The notes below the pieces were generated by a model, which did no database searches, had not been told where the DNA came from, and worked only from the letters and a program-made list of their open reading frames with translations. This document shows, one piece after another, positions 47,210-58,822 of a stretch of 64,000 nt of DNA (position 1 is the first letter of the stretch; each line of letters opens with the position of its first letter). This stretch comes from Heterodontus francisci (lineage: Eukaryota): contig NC_090411.1 in the NCBI RefSeq assembly GCF_036365525.1, positions 35,811,453-35,875,452 of the forward strand. Reading direction: 5' to 3'. Made by a program: the position numbers and the translations under genes.

Positions 47210-47246
47210 AATTCTGATGAAGGGTCACTGACCTGAAACGTTAACT
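47210..47246 (+). ncRNA. Minimal type-I hammerhead ribozyme motif within a Penelope-type terminus (~47130-47315)
   Basis: CTGATGA-AGG(GTCACTGA)CCT-GAAA-CGTT-AACT: intact core, stem II, palindromic AACGTT stem III. Confidence 0.65.
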
Positions 47247-48832
47247 CTGTTTCTCTCTCCATAGATGCTGCCAGACCTGCTAAGTCTTTCTAGCAGGTTC
47301 TGTTTTTATTTTATATTAGTAATCCAAAAGCCCAGGCTAATGCCCTGGGGACATGGGTTCAAATCTCACCACAGCAGCTGGTGGAATTTAAATTCAATTC
47401 CCCTTAAAATGCCTCATTTTTACATTTCACTGGAAAGCAACTGGAGCAAATCCTCCAGGTACCAATGGGGGAATTTCACCACAAATCACAAAAGTAAACG
47501 GAAAGAATACTGGGAATTTCAAGACTGCTTCGCTGTTTAACATGTTTCTTATTGTTATCTTACAATGTATGAAAAGGAAAGCCAAGAGTGCCAAAATATC
47601 CCATGTTCTATTTCGGATCTGTGCTGTGTTAACTGCTCCCAGCTGAAGCAACATCACTGGCATTGTGGGAAAATATCCTTTTATTTTCCTTTAGTTCGGA
47701 CAAGACAATCAGTTTGGTCAGACAGGGATAACAGCCAAAGTATAGTCAATCAACCAGAATTTATTAAAGTATACTTAACAATAGGCAATAAGCAACAGCT
47801 ATCCACTTTTCCTTGCTTTCCAAAAATTGTCAGACTCTGGGCAACATTCTCCCCTCTGTTCCTCTTCTGCTGGTCTTTGGTAGGGGATAGAGTACCTCGG
47901 ACAGGCTCCAGGGATTTTTATACAGTTCTAATCATGTATCCTGGTGGTTCAGTCCCTGGTCTCATACATTCCTTTATTTAGACTAAGGTTCAGTGTTTTT
48001 TCATTGGTGTCATCATTTTCTTAGAGTCATAGAGAGATACAGCACTGAAACAGGCCCTTCGGCCCACCGAGTCTGTGCCGGCCATCAACCACCCATTTAT
48101 ACTAATCCTACATTAATCCCATATTCCTACTTATTCTTGTTAATGATGAAGTCCCTTCCAGAATCTTTATTTTCCGTCAGGCCCAGCCGTCTGGTTAATC
48201 ACATCATTGATGATTTCTCCTACCACATTTGGTAAAAGTAATTAACTTTAACTCTCACCATTCATACCATATTTAATACAATCAATAGCCCATTCACAGA
48301 TAAATCAGTAGATCAGTACAACAATCGTGGCCATATCCTGCACTATGCCAATGATCTGGAGTTTAAATTGTTCTTTGGTAACACAATTACAATCAAAGTT
48401 TAGCAACACTATCAAAAATATGCAACCTGCCCAGTTATTCTGAATCAACCTACTCCTGCCCCCATTGTTAGTTTGTGTCTGAATTCCTTCCAGCATAACT
48501 TCCTACTCAATCATTTCAAGCTGTCTAATTTCCATTTACTGATCCTGAATTGTTCTAACTTTTTACCCTTTGTCTCTATAAATATCTAATTTCATCCAAC
48601 TTGTTACCCTAATCATGGCATGACATCCTTTATTTACGCCTAAACTAATCAAAACAGCTCTTCAAATACCAACAGTTAACTCTTTGCTTACCAAAAGCCA
48701 ACACAAACATTTATAAAGTATAGTATATAAAATTCATAGTACAAGAAAAAAAAAATAAAAACCCATATTTCTTACAGCATCATAACTGGCTTCAGGTTCC
48801 TTGGACTAAGGAAGGAGAATTGACCAGCACAA

Positions 48833-50542
48833 GAACACATAACACAAGAATTAGGAGCAGGAGTAGACCATTCAGCCCCTCGAGCCTGCTCCACCATTTA
48901 ATAAGATCATGGCTGATCTCATTGTGGCCTTAACTCCACTTTCCTGCAGGCCCCCCATAACCCTCAACTCCCTTGTCGATCAAAAATCTGTCTAACTCAG
49001 CCTTGAATATATTCAATGATCCAGCCTCCACTGCTCTCTGAGAAGAAGGGGAACCTGTAGATGGGGTGTACTTGGATTCTACAAACTAACAATGTTCTGA
49101 GAGAAAACATTTCTCCTCATCTCCATCTTAAATGGGAGACTCCTAAATTTTAAACTGTGTCCCCCAGTTCCAGATTCCTCAACACGTGGAAACATCCTCT
49201 CATCATCCACCCTGTCAAATCCCCTCAGGATCTTATGTTTCAATAAGATCACCTCTCATTCTTCTAAATTCCAATGGGTATGGGCCCAACCTGTTCAACC
49301 TATCCTCATAAAATAACCCCTTCATCCCAGGAATCAGTTGAGTGAACCTTCTCTGAACTGATTCTAATGCAATTATATCCTTTCTTAAGGAGACCAAAAC
49401 TGTACTCCAAATGCGAACTAACAAAGGCCTGTACAGCTGCAGCAAAGCTTCCCTAATTTTATACTCGATTCCCCTTGCAATAAATGCCAACATTCTATTT
49501 ACCTTCCTAATCACTTGCTGTACCTGCATACTGACTTTTTGTGATTCATGTACCAGGACACCCAGATCCCTCTGTACTGCAGAATTCTGCAGTCTTTCTC
49601 CATTTAAATAATATACTGCTTTTCTATTCTTCCTGCCAATGTGGACAAGTTCACATTTTCCCACGTTATACTCCATCTGCCAAATCTTTGCCCACTCACT
49701 TAACCTATCTATATCGCTTTGCAGACTCGTTATGTCCTCTTCACAGCTTACTCTCCTACCTATCTTTGTGTTATCAGCAAATCTAGCTACCATACATTTG
49801 CTTCCTTCATCCAAGTCATTGATATAAATTGTAAATAGTTGAGGCCCCAGCACTGATATCTGCGGCACTCCACTAGTAACGACTTGCCAACCCGAAAAAG
49901 ACCCATTTATCCATACTCTCTGCTTCCTGTTAGCTAACCAATCCTCTATCTATACTAATATGCTACCCGCTACACTATGGGCTCTTATTTTGTCTAGTAA
50001 CCTTTGATGTGGCACCTTATCGAATGCCTTTTGGAAATCCAAGTACACCCCATCTACAGGTTCCCCTTTATCCACCTTGCTTGTTACCTCCTCAGAGAAC
50101 TCTAATAAATTAGTCAAACACGATTTCCCTTGCCTGATTGTATTTTCTAAATGTCCTGTTATTACCTCCTTAATAATGGATTCTAGCATTTTCCCTATAA
50201 CAGATGTTAGGCTAACTGGCCTATAGTTTCCTGTTTTCTGTCTCCCTCCTTTCTTGAATAAAGGTGTAACATTTGCGATTTTACAATCCGCTGGGACCTT
50301 TCCAGAATCTAGAGAATTTTGGAAGATCACAACCAATGCATCCACTATCTCAGCAGCCACTTCTTTTAAAACCCTAGGATTCAAGCCATCAGGTCCAAGG
50401 GACTTGTCAGCCATTAGTTCTAATAGTTTTCCCAGTACCTTTTCCCTGGTGATTGTGATTGCTAAAGTTCCTCCCTCCCTTTTACCTCTTAATTTTCAAG
50501 TATTCTTGGAATGTTTTTTGTGTCTTCTACAGTGAAGACAGA
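48833..50542 (-). mobile_element. CR1-like LINE, RT region plus 3' tail
   Basis: KSLGPDGLNPRVLKE, NYRPVSLTS, YLDFQKAFDKVPH, PQ.SVLGP, FADN, RRMRGDLIET. Confidence 0.92.
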
Positions 50543-50858
50543 CACAGTGGTGCAGTGGTTAACACCACAGCCTCACAGCTCCAGGGACCTGGGTTCGATT
50601 CTGGGTACTGCCTGTGCGGAGTTTGCAAGTTCTCCCTGTGACCGCGTGGGTTTTCGCCGGGTACTCCGGTTTCCTCCCACCGCCAAAGACTTGCAGGTGA
50701 TAGGTAAATTGGCCATTATAAATTGCCCCTAGTGTAGGTAGGTGGTAGGGGGATGTGGTAGGAATATAGGATTAGTATAAATGGGTGGTTGTTGGTCGGC
50801 ACAGACTCGGTGGGCTGAAGGGCCTGTTTCAGTGCTGTATCTCTAAATAAAAAAAAAA
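50543..50858 (+). mobile_element. tRNA-derived V-SINE (HE1-like)
   Basis: Highly similar to 18357-18696; poly-A end. Confidence 0.88.
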
Positions 50859-51879
50859 TCTGCCCAGTGCTGTTGAGTAGCTGTGCTTGGTGTCCGGACT
50901 GAGCTGACCTATAAAAACAAGAGGCCACCAGCAATTTTGGAATCTGCACCCCAGCAACAGCCAAAACCTTCAGGAGAGGATCAGAGAACAGGAAAAATTA
51001 ACTTGGAGCTTTTACTAAAACTACTTTTGCTGACGGTCTGAGAGACTTCAGATACATCTACTCTCCAAATCCCATCAAACCTTCTGTCAATAAAATCAGA
51101 CAGCTGCTTAAAACTCTCAAACCAACTCCAAGTAAAATCAATCGACAAAAATATTGTACATTTATGAATAAAATTGTCATGTAAATGTTGGTAAAGAGAG
51201 GTGGAGTTGAGCTCCTTGGTCTAATCCCAGTGTACAATCTGCAGCCTCAATAATCTCTCTATGGGAGTTAGTTTGCCTCTTACTCTCTCCCTGTAACTCG
51301 TCTCCTGTTTATGGTAATTCATCCACACTCATTGTCTGTAGGATGGTATCAGATTTGTGGCCACAAACTGTGAGTGTTGCCAGATTATTTGCACACAGTC
51401 CTGCCCCGCTGAATGTTCACACACAATCTCTTCCCATTAGGATCACTGGATGACGATCAGGAACAGACTGACTTGAAACCCTGACCCTACCTCAGCAACA
51501 TTGAAACTACATGTGACGTCTCTACCAACAACACCTTAACCAGTGCAAACTGCTGAAATTATTCCCAATTTTGCAGTAACATTGGGGAGTTGAGAAGCCC
51601 CTGATGGAGCACATTGCGGGTGGGGTCAGTAAGAATGGGCTGATGAGTATTAGGGAATGAAAAGAAGGAATGTGCATTTTTATAGTAACTTTCACAGCAT
51701 GAGGACATCCCAAAGCTCTTTACAACCAATAAACTTTACAACTTTTGAAGTTTAGTCACTGTTGTAATGTAGGAAACACAACAGCCAATTTTCACACAGC
51801 AAGATCCCACAAACAGTATTATGGTATCCAGGACTCTCCTGCTCTGCTTCCAATGGTGCCATAGGTTATATTCTGTCCA

Positions 51880-52388
51880 ATACTTGCTAAGAAAGGATAT
51901 ACATGCCTCAAAGAGGCTGCAGTGGAGTTTCACTAGATTGGTTCCTGGAATGAAAGGGTTGTCCTATGAGAAGAGCGATTGTGTAGAATGGGCCTAAATT
52001 CTCTGGAGTTTAGAAGAATTAGAGGTGATCTCATTGAAATGAGAGTTTGACAGGGTAGATGCTGAGAGGCTGTTTCCCCCTGGCTGGAGCGTCTAGAGCA
52101 CGGGGTCACAGTCTCAGGATAAGGAGATGGACGTTTAGGACTAAGGCAGGCAGAAATTTCTTTATTCAGGGGGTTGTGAATCTTTGGAACTCTCTTTCTC
52201 CGAGAGCTGTGGATGCTCAGTCGCTGAGTATATTCAAGATTGAAATTGATAGATTTTTGAACTCTTGGGGAATCAAGAGATAAGAGGTTCGGGTGGGAAA
52301 GTGGAATTGAGGTTGGGGATCAGCCATGATCTCCTTGAATAGTGGAGCCAAATGGCCTACTCCTGTTGCTATTTCTTATGTCCTTATG
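51880..52388 (+). mobile_element. CR1-like 3' fragment
   Basis: ARGHSLRI, NFFIQGVVNLWNSL, FKIEIDRFL motifs and tail. Confidence 0.82.
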
Positions 52389-52850
52389 TACTGCTCTAGG
52401 AGTGCCAGCCTACACTCTGTGCTCAAGTCCCTGGAGTTGGATTTGAACACACAACCTTCTGACAGAAATCAGAGTGTTAGATAGTGAGCCATAGTGAACA
52501 TCAAATAGGACCAGTCTGGTGAAGTGTTTCAGGGCATGAGGGTCAGACAGGCCTATTTGTGGGATCTTGCTGTGCGCAAATTGGCTGGCGCGTTTCCTGC
52601 CTTACAACACTTCAAAGAGTATTTCATTGGCTGTAAAGCGCTTTGGGGCATCCTGAGCTTGTGAGAGGCGATATAGAAATGCAAGTCTTTTGAAATGAAT
52701 GGAAAGTATTTCCAGAATGAAGTTGTGTGAATAATAATCGAGGCGAGATCTATCATTAGGAATGTGCTCATTCTAACAGCTCCAACATGTGACAATATCA
52801 AGGAGCAGTCGAACAGGTAAAAAACACAATGAGATCAACAGTGTAACTCA

Positions 52851-52999
52851 AGGGGCGGAAGCACGTTCCAGACAACACCTGGAGTGAAAGCTGACGCCCA
52901 AGGTGGACACACCTGGTGGATATAAAAGTGCAGACACTGAGGATTGATTAGTTTTATCAGCCTGACCTAGGAGTATTGAGATTGGATAGTGACTGGCAG
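52851..52999 (+). promoter_or_regulatory. Putative GPRC5 promoter (GC-box 52851, TATAAAA 52921-52927) and non-coding exon 1 ending at 52999
   Basis: GGGGCGG plus canonical TATA, then CAG|GTAATC donor; next coding exon has its acceptor 1 nt before the ATG. Confidence 0.62.
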
Positions 53000-53219
53000 G
53001 TAATCACTAATTCATTTTAAACTTTTAATTGTTTTTAAAATAAACGGAAAGTTTCAAAACCTGATAACAGGCGCTGAATTCGGGGCCGGATTTTTCTTGA
53101 CGCTTTTTTCCCGAGGCTGATTTAATTGAATTTAACCCGTGCGATGAGAACAGGAGTTTGCAAGACTTTGGGTTTTGCTTTTCTGAAACTGTTACCAGAG
53201 CGGAGAGAAGCCGCCCTGA

Positions 53220-53627
53220 GCCCGGTTATTCCCGGTTACAGCGTGTGTCCCGGTTATTCCCGGTTACAGCGTGTGTCCCGGTTATCCCCGGTTACAGTGT
53301 GAGCCCCGGTTACAGTGTTATTCCCGGTTACAGTGTGAGCCCCGGTTATCCCCGGTTACAGTGTTATCCCCGGTTACAGTGTTATCCCGGTTATCCCCGG
53401 TTACAGTGTGAGCCCCGGTTATCCCCGGTTACAGTGTTATCCCGGTTATCCCCGGTTACAGTGTTATCCCGGTTATTCCCGGTTACAGTGTTATCCCCGG
53501 TTACAGTGTGAGCCCCGGTTATCCCCGGTTACAGTGTGAGCCCCGGTTATCCCCGGTTACAGTGTGAGCCCCGGTTATCCCCGGTTACAGTGTGAGCCCC
53601 GGTTATCCCCGGTTACAGTGTGAGCCC
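53220..53627. repeat. CpG-rich minisatellite (CCCCGGTTATCCCCGGTTACAGTGTGAG, built of 10- and 18-nt subunits)
   Basis: Tandem repetition at the start of the putative GPRC5 intron 1. Confidence 0.93.
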
Positions 53628-53929
53628 TGCCAGTTCTGGAGGACACCATGTTGACCGCTTGGGTAATCTCTGATCCTCTTTGCAATTGTGTTTTTCTAAA
53701 TGATTTTTTAGTTGAAATGAAGTGAGTTTAGGAGATTGTTGGGAATATTTTAGTGTCCGGTCTCAGATTGTGCCCTCGTGGAAACCATGACCTTTTCCAG
53801 TTCTGTTTTCTGCTTTTTGGGTGGATTTTTGCATATCTGCCTTTCTCTCTCTCTCTCTCTCTTGTTCACTAGTTCCCTGGTGTGCCCTTTCCTCCCCACT
53901 CCAGCTCAATTGTGCAGTCATTTTTTTTT

Positions 53930-54325
53930 TCATTCATTGGATGTGGGCATCACTGGCCAGGCCAGCATTTATTGCCCATCCCTAATTGCCCTTGAGAAGG
54001 TGGTAGTGAGCTGCCTTCTTGAACCGCTGCAGTCCATGTGGGGTAGGTACACCCACAGTGCTGTTAGGAAGGAAGTTCCAGGATTTTGACCCAGCGACAG
54101 TGAAGGAACGGCGATATAGTTCCAAGTCAGGATGGTGTGTGACTTGGAGGGGAACTTGCAGGTGGTGATGTTCCCACGCATCTGCTGTCCTTGTCCTTCT
54201 AGTTGATAGAGGTCGCGGGTTTGGAAGGTGCTGTCTAAGGAGCCTTAGTGCATTGCTGCAGTGCATCTTGTAGATGGTACACACTGCTGCCACTGTGCGT
54301 CGGTGGTGGAGGGAGTGAATGTTTC
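53930..54325 (-). mobile_element. LINE 3' end (probably the same family as 33130-36770)
   Basis: SFTVAGSKSWNFLP…LQRFKKAAH C-terminus; tail ending in GAAT repeats and poly-A. Confidence 0.8.
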
Positions 54326-54461
54326 AGCCTCTCCTCATTTGCAAATTGTCACTAAGTCCAGACTGTTGAGCAGCTGTTCTCCCCACTCACTGTTCATTGT
54401 AGATTCCTGAGGGTTTGTGCCTTGTCAATGGGCCAATGATGCCATTTAGCAATTGTAAAGT

Positions 54462-54825
54462 TACAAAAGCAGGTCAGAGGCTGGGAATTCTGTGACGAGT
54501 AACTCCCCTCCTGACTCCGCAATGTTTGTCCACCATCTACAAGGCATAAGTCCGGAGTGTGATGGAATACTCTCCACTTGCCTGGATGGGTGCAGCTCCA
54601 ACAGCACAAGAAACTCGACACCATCCAGGGTAAAGGAGCCCAATTGATTGGCACCCCATCCACAAACATTCACTCCCTCCACCACTGACGCACAATGGCA
54701 GCAGTGTTTACCATCTACAAGATACACTGCAGCAATGCACCAAGGCTCCTTCGACAGCACCTTCCAAACCCGCGATTTCTACCACCTCGAAGGACAAGAG
54801 CAGCAGATGCATGGGAACATCACCT
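54462..54825 (+). mobile_element. LINE ORF2 fragment, inverted relative to 53930-54325
   Basis: Begins with the same sequence as 36720-36770; 54663-54825 is the reverse complement of 54163-54324. Confidence 0.8.
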
Positions 54826-54829
54826 TTGT

Positions 54830-56945
54830 AAAATTTGCCTTCCCCCCAATTTACAACTTTAACTCCTGTTTTACCTTTGTCCTTTTCCATGATTATGCTA
54901 AAAGTTACTGTATTATGATCACTATCTCCAAAAAGGTCACCCATTGTTAATTCCTCCACTTGCCCAGCTTCATTACTGAAAACTAAATCTTGAATTGTGC
55001 CCCCTCTCCTGTTGGGCTTGTTACCTGCTGGCTAAAAAGGCTCTGTTGAACACCGTTCAAGAATTTTATGCCCTTCACACTTTCTTTGTATCCCAGTTGA
55101 TATTGGGGTAGTTGAAATCCCTGGCTATTATTGCCCTATAGTTTTTGCACTCAAAGTTGCCTACATATTTGTTCTTCTACCTCCCTCTCTCTATTTGGGG
55201 GTCGAGAGTACACTCCGAGTAGTGTGGCTGCCCCTTTTTTTTTATTTGAGTTCCTTCCATGTGCTAAATGAATCATCAGATGAGTCCATATCATCCCTCC
55301 TCAAAGCTGTTATTGATTCCTTGACTAATAATGCTACACCCCCTCCTTTTTTATCTCCCTCTCTATCCTGCCTGAAAACTCTATATCCAGGAATGTTTGT
55401 TTATTTATTTAGAGATACAGCACTGAAACAGGCCCTTCGGCCCACTGAGTCTGTGCCAACCATCAACCACCCATTTATACTATCCTACATTAATCCCATA
55501 TTCCCTACCACATCCTCACAATTCCCCTACCACCTACCTATACTAGGGGCAATTTACAATGGCCAATTTACCTATCAACCTGCAAGTCTTTGGCTGTGGG
55601 AGGAAACCGGAGCACCCGGCGGAAACCCACGTGGTCACAGGGAGAACTTGCAAACTCCGCGCAGGCAGTACCCAGAATTGAACCCAGGTCCCTGGAGCTG
55701 TGAGGCTGCAGTGCTAACCACTGCGCCACTGTGCTGCCCAATGTTGAGTTGCCATTCTTGCCCCTCCCTTAAGCCAAGTTTCCATTAAAGCAACAATATT
55801 ATGTTGCCATGTGTCTCTGTGCCCTCAGCTCATTGGCTTTATTTGATATACTCCTTGCATTTAAATAAATACCTTTTAGCACTGCCAAATTCCTGTGCTG
55901 TGCACTTTTTAACCTTTGCTTCTTCTGTCTTTCAGAGTCACTCTCTAATTTTCTGCCTCCTGTTCCCTGCCCTAAAATTGTCCTGTCTAAGACTACACTC
56001 TAAGGTTCCCATTCCCCTATCAGTCTAGTTTAAACCATTCCCAATAGCACTAGCAAACCTTCCTGCTAGGATATTTGTCCCAGTCCTGTTCAGGTCCCAC
56101 GTTCCCTAAAACCGATCCAAATACCCCAGAATCTGAAGCCCTCCCTCCTGCACCATCTCTCCAGCCACACATTCATCTGGTGTATTTTCCTACTTCTATA
56201 CTCACTAGCACGTGGCCTTGGGAGTAATCCAGAGATTGTTACCTTTTGAGGTCCTGCTTGTTAATTTCATTCCTAACTCCCTAAACTCTGCCATGCAATA
56301 CCTCATCCCTCTTTCTTCCTGTATTGTTGGTACCAATGTGGACCATTACCTCTGGCTGTGCATCCTTGCCCTCCAGAATGCTCTGTAGCCACTCAGTGAT
56401 ATCAATGAGCCTTGCACCAGGGAAGCAATATACAATCCTGGAAATACATCTGTGACCACAGAAATGCCTATCTGTTCCCCAAACCATAAAATCCCCTACC
56501 ACTATTACACTCTTGTCCTTTCTCCTCCCTCCCGGCACAGCTGAGCCACCCATGGTGCTCTGGTCATGACTCTCACTGCACTCTCCAGAGGAACCCTCTC
56601 AGTACTCAGAACTGAATACCAGTTAGAAAGTGGGATGCTCTCTGGGGATTCCTGCACTACCTGCCTTGACCACCTTGGCTGTCCGGCAGCCACCCAGTCC
56701 CTCTCTGCCTGTGCTCTCTTAAGCTCCGGGATGACTACCTCCTGAAACATGCTATCCATGTAGTTCTCTGCCTCAGGGCTGCATCACAGTGACTCCAGCC
56801 ACCGCTTGAGCCCTGAAACCCGTAGCTCGAGCTTCTGCAGCCGGACACTTCCTGCAGATGTTTGTCAAGGACACATGGTGCGTCCATGACTTCCCACATG
56901 CCACAGGAGGCACATTCCGCTTGGCTGAGCTGCCCTGCCATTACT
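54830..56945 (-). mobile_element. CR1-like LINE 5' part: ORF1 (zinc finger plus SGNH esterase) and endonuclease remnant
   Basis: CASCGMWE; VIVVGDFMVWG (GDS motif), CFPGAR, VHIGTN; GDFN and SDHN remnants. Confidence 0.85.
55397..55738 (-). mobile_element. tRNA-derived V-SINE (HE1-like) nested in CR1
   Basis: Reverse complement of 18357-18696; AATGTT on both flanks (possible TSD). Confidence 0.88.
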
Positions 56946-57180
56946 TGGCTTTACAAACTAATTATTGCTAATGTAATAAGTGGAATAATTTATCAGTTAC
57001 TCGCCAATTTAGTTTTTACTGTTGCCTTTTGGAATATATTTAAAGTAAAGAATAATACTAGAGAAAGGCTTGTCACCACTTTCTCATGGGGCAACTAGGG
57101 TTGGGAAATAAATACTCAAGCAGAGAAACTACATTTTAAGCTATTGATTTTTACAATTCATAATCTCCTCCTCTTTCAGG

Positions 57181-58159
57181 ATGAATCAAAAGATAATCCA
57201 GATGTTGTCCCTTTTTCTTCTATTCTCTGCACTTGACTGTGGATCTGCTCAGGTCACTGCTCCCAGAGGCTGTGGTTCTGACCTTCTAGAAGTTTACTTC
57301 AATCTGTGTGATCTCGATGCTGTTTGGGGAATTGTTCTGGAAGCCATTGCTGCTGTGGGGATCATCAGCACCTTGATAATAATTGTGGTTCTGCTGTGCA
57401 TCACCCCATTCATTGCAGACAGGCGGAAGAGAGCCTGTGTGCCTATCCAGTGCATCTTTCTCCTCAGCACCTTGGGAATTTTTGGCCTGACCTTTGCTTT
57501 CATCATCAAATTGGATCAGAGGACATGTCGTACCAGGCTCTTCCTCTGGGGAGTTCTCTTCACTGTGTGTTTCTCCTGTCTGTTGGCCCATGTGTGGAGG
57601 TTGCTGAAGTTGGTGCGTTCAGGAAAAGGTCCCAAGGTGTGTTACATGATTGGCCTGGTTCTGACTCTCACACTGGTACAAGTCATCATTGCCATCGAGT
57701 ATCTGGTGCTCGCCACTGTCCGATTCAGTAACTTCTGCATCTATGAAAACAAAGACTTTGTCATGTTGTTGATCTACGTTATGTTCCTAATGGCTCTGAC
57801 TTTCATCCTTTCCATGTTCACTTTCTGTGGTAACTATAGAAAATGGAAGAAGCACGGTGCACACATATTCCTTACCATGCTCTTCTCCATAGCTATTTGG
57901 GTGGTGTGGATCGTAATGTTTGTCCGTGGTAATGCTGTGTTGAACAAGAGTCCTGAGTGGGATGATCCTACTCTCAGCATTGCCCTGGTTGCCAATGGCT
58001 GGGTCTTTATCCTGTTCTACATGATCCCAGAACTCCGGCACATCACCTGCCCTGCAAAGCCTGAAGATGAACCACAAGATAGTGCATCCACAAATCAGCA
58101 GAGTGTAGGAATGAAGGGTGTGGACAACCAGGTGTTCGTCTTGGAGGATTCAGGCAGAG
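57181..58159 (+). CDS. GPRC5 (RAIG) family class C 7TM receptor, main coding exon
   Basis: Signal peptide; GC..DL…NLCD…WGIVLE, FGLTFAFII, RLFLWGVLF..CFSCLLAH, DFVMLLIYVMFLM, WKKHG, WDDPTLSIALVANGWVF…IPE; ctttcag acceptor and gtgagt donor (phase 1). Confidence 0.95.
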
Positions 58160-58754
58160 GTGAGTAATTATAGCAGGAGCCGGATAATGCAAACAGCATG
58201 AGAGATTGTATTCCAAAAGTTAAATATGAATTTAACCACAAATGCCTATCTGTATAATTGTCTATTGGAATGTAGTTTTATACTGTTCCAGGCTTGGTAA
58301 TGACTGGTAACTAAGGACTATCCTACATCACCTGTAACTTTAATTGGAATGCTTCCAGATTGCTGAATACGTCCCATTTCTGCAATATCCTGTCTTCCAT
58401 TAGCAGTGTTGAATATTCTGAACTGGAATGAAACTGATGTTAGGACCAAAGAATATTTAACTTTCAATGAGGTTCAGAGTGAACTAAATGCAGCTGTGCT
58501 CCAGTGAGGGAGGAATGAATGAATACAAATGTAAACTGAGAAGCATTTGGCTTTTTCTCAATTTGTCAGTCTGCCATGATTTCTGACTGAGGCTGTCACA
58601 GCATGTCAGGATATATCTTTGTAAATGTAGGTGGAAGGATTTGAGGTGGTGACTGGGCAGGGCTGATCTATTGAATGGGACGGCTGGGTTGGATTATGAA
58701 CTGATTCTATTGGCTTTTCCTCCCCTCATTTTTTTTTTCATTTTGCCTACACAG

Positions 58755-58822
58755 GACACCCCATATATCTTGATGATGTTTCTTCACCCTCGTACCATAA
58801 TCCCACACCAACGGGCAACCAT
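58755..58822 (+). CDS. GPRC5 small coding exon (GHPIYLDDVSSPSYHNPTPTGNH)
   Basis: Long polypyrimidine tract plus cag; gtaagt donor; 68 nt restores phase 0 for the last exon. Confidence 0.8.

Larger units (their letters stand above)
45062..48776 (-). mobile_element. Probable LTR-like element of a second family with nested CR1, Penelope and SINE insertions
   Basis: Left end homologous to 33043-33125 (GAGATATGAAC.CCCCAGA.CAATTT.AAGAATTA); TG…CA candidate ends; TSD not convincing. Confidence 0.4.

Noticed and set aside
52800-52920. Retinoic-acid response element expected for a RAIG1/GPRC5A-like promoter
   Set aside because: Only a GGTGGA-n7-GGTGGA repeat seen; no convincing DR1/DR2/DR5.
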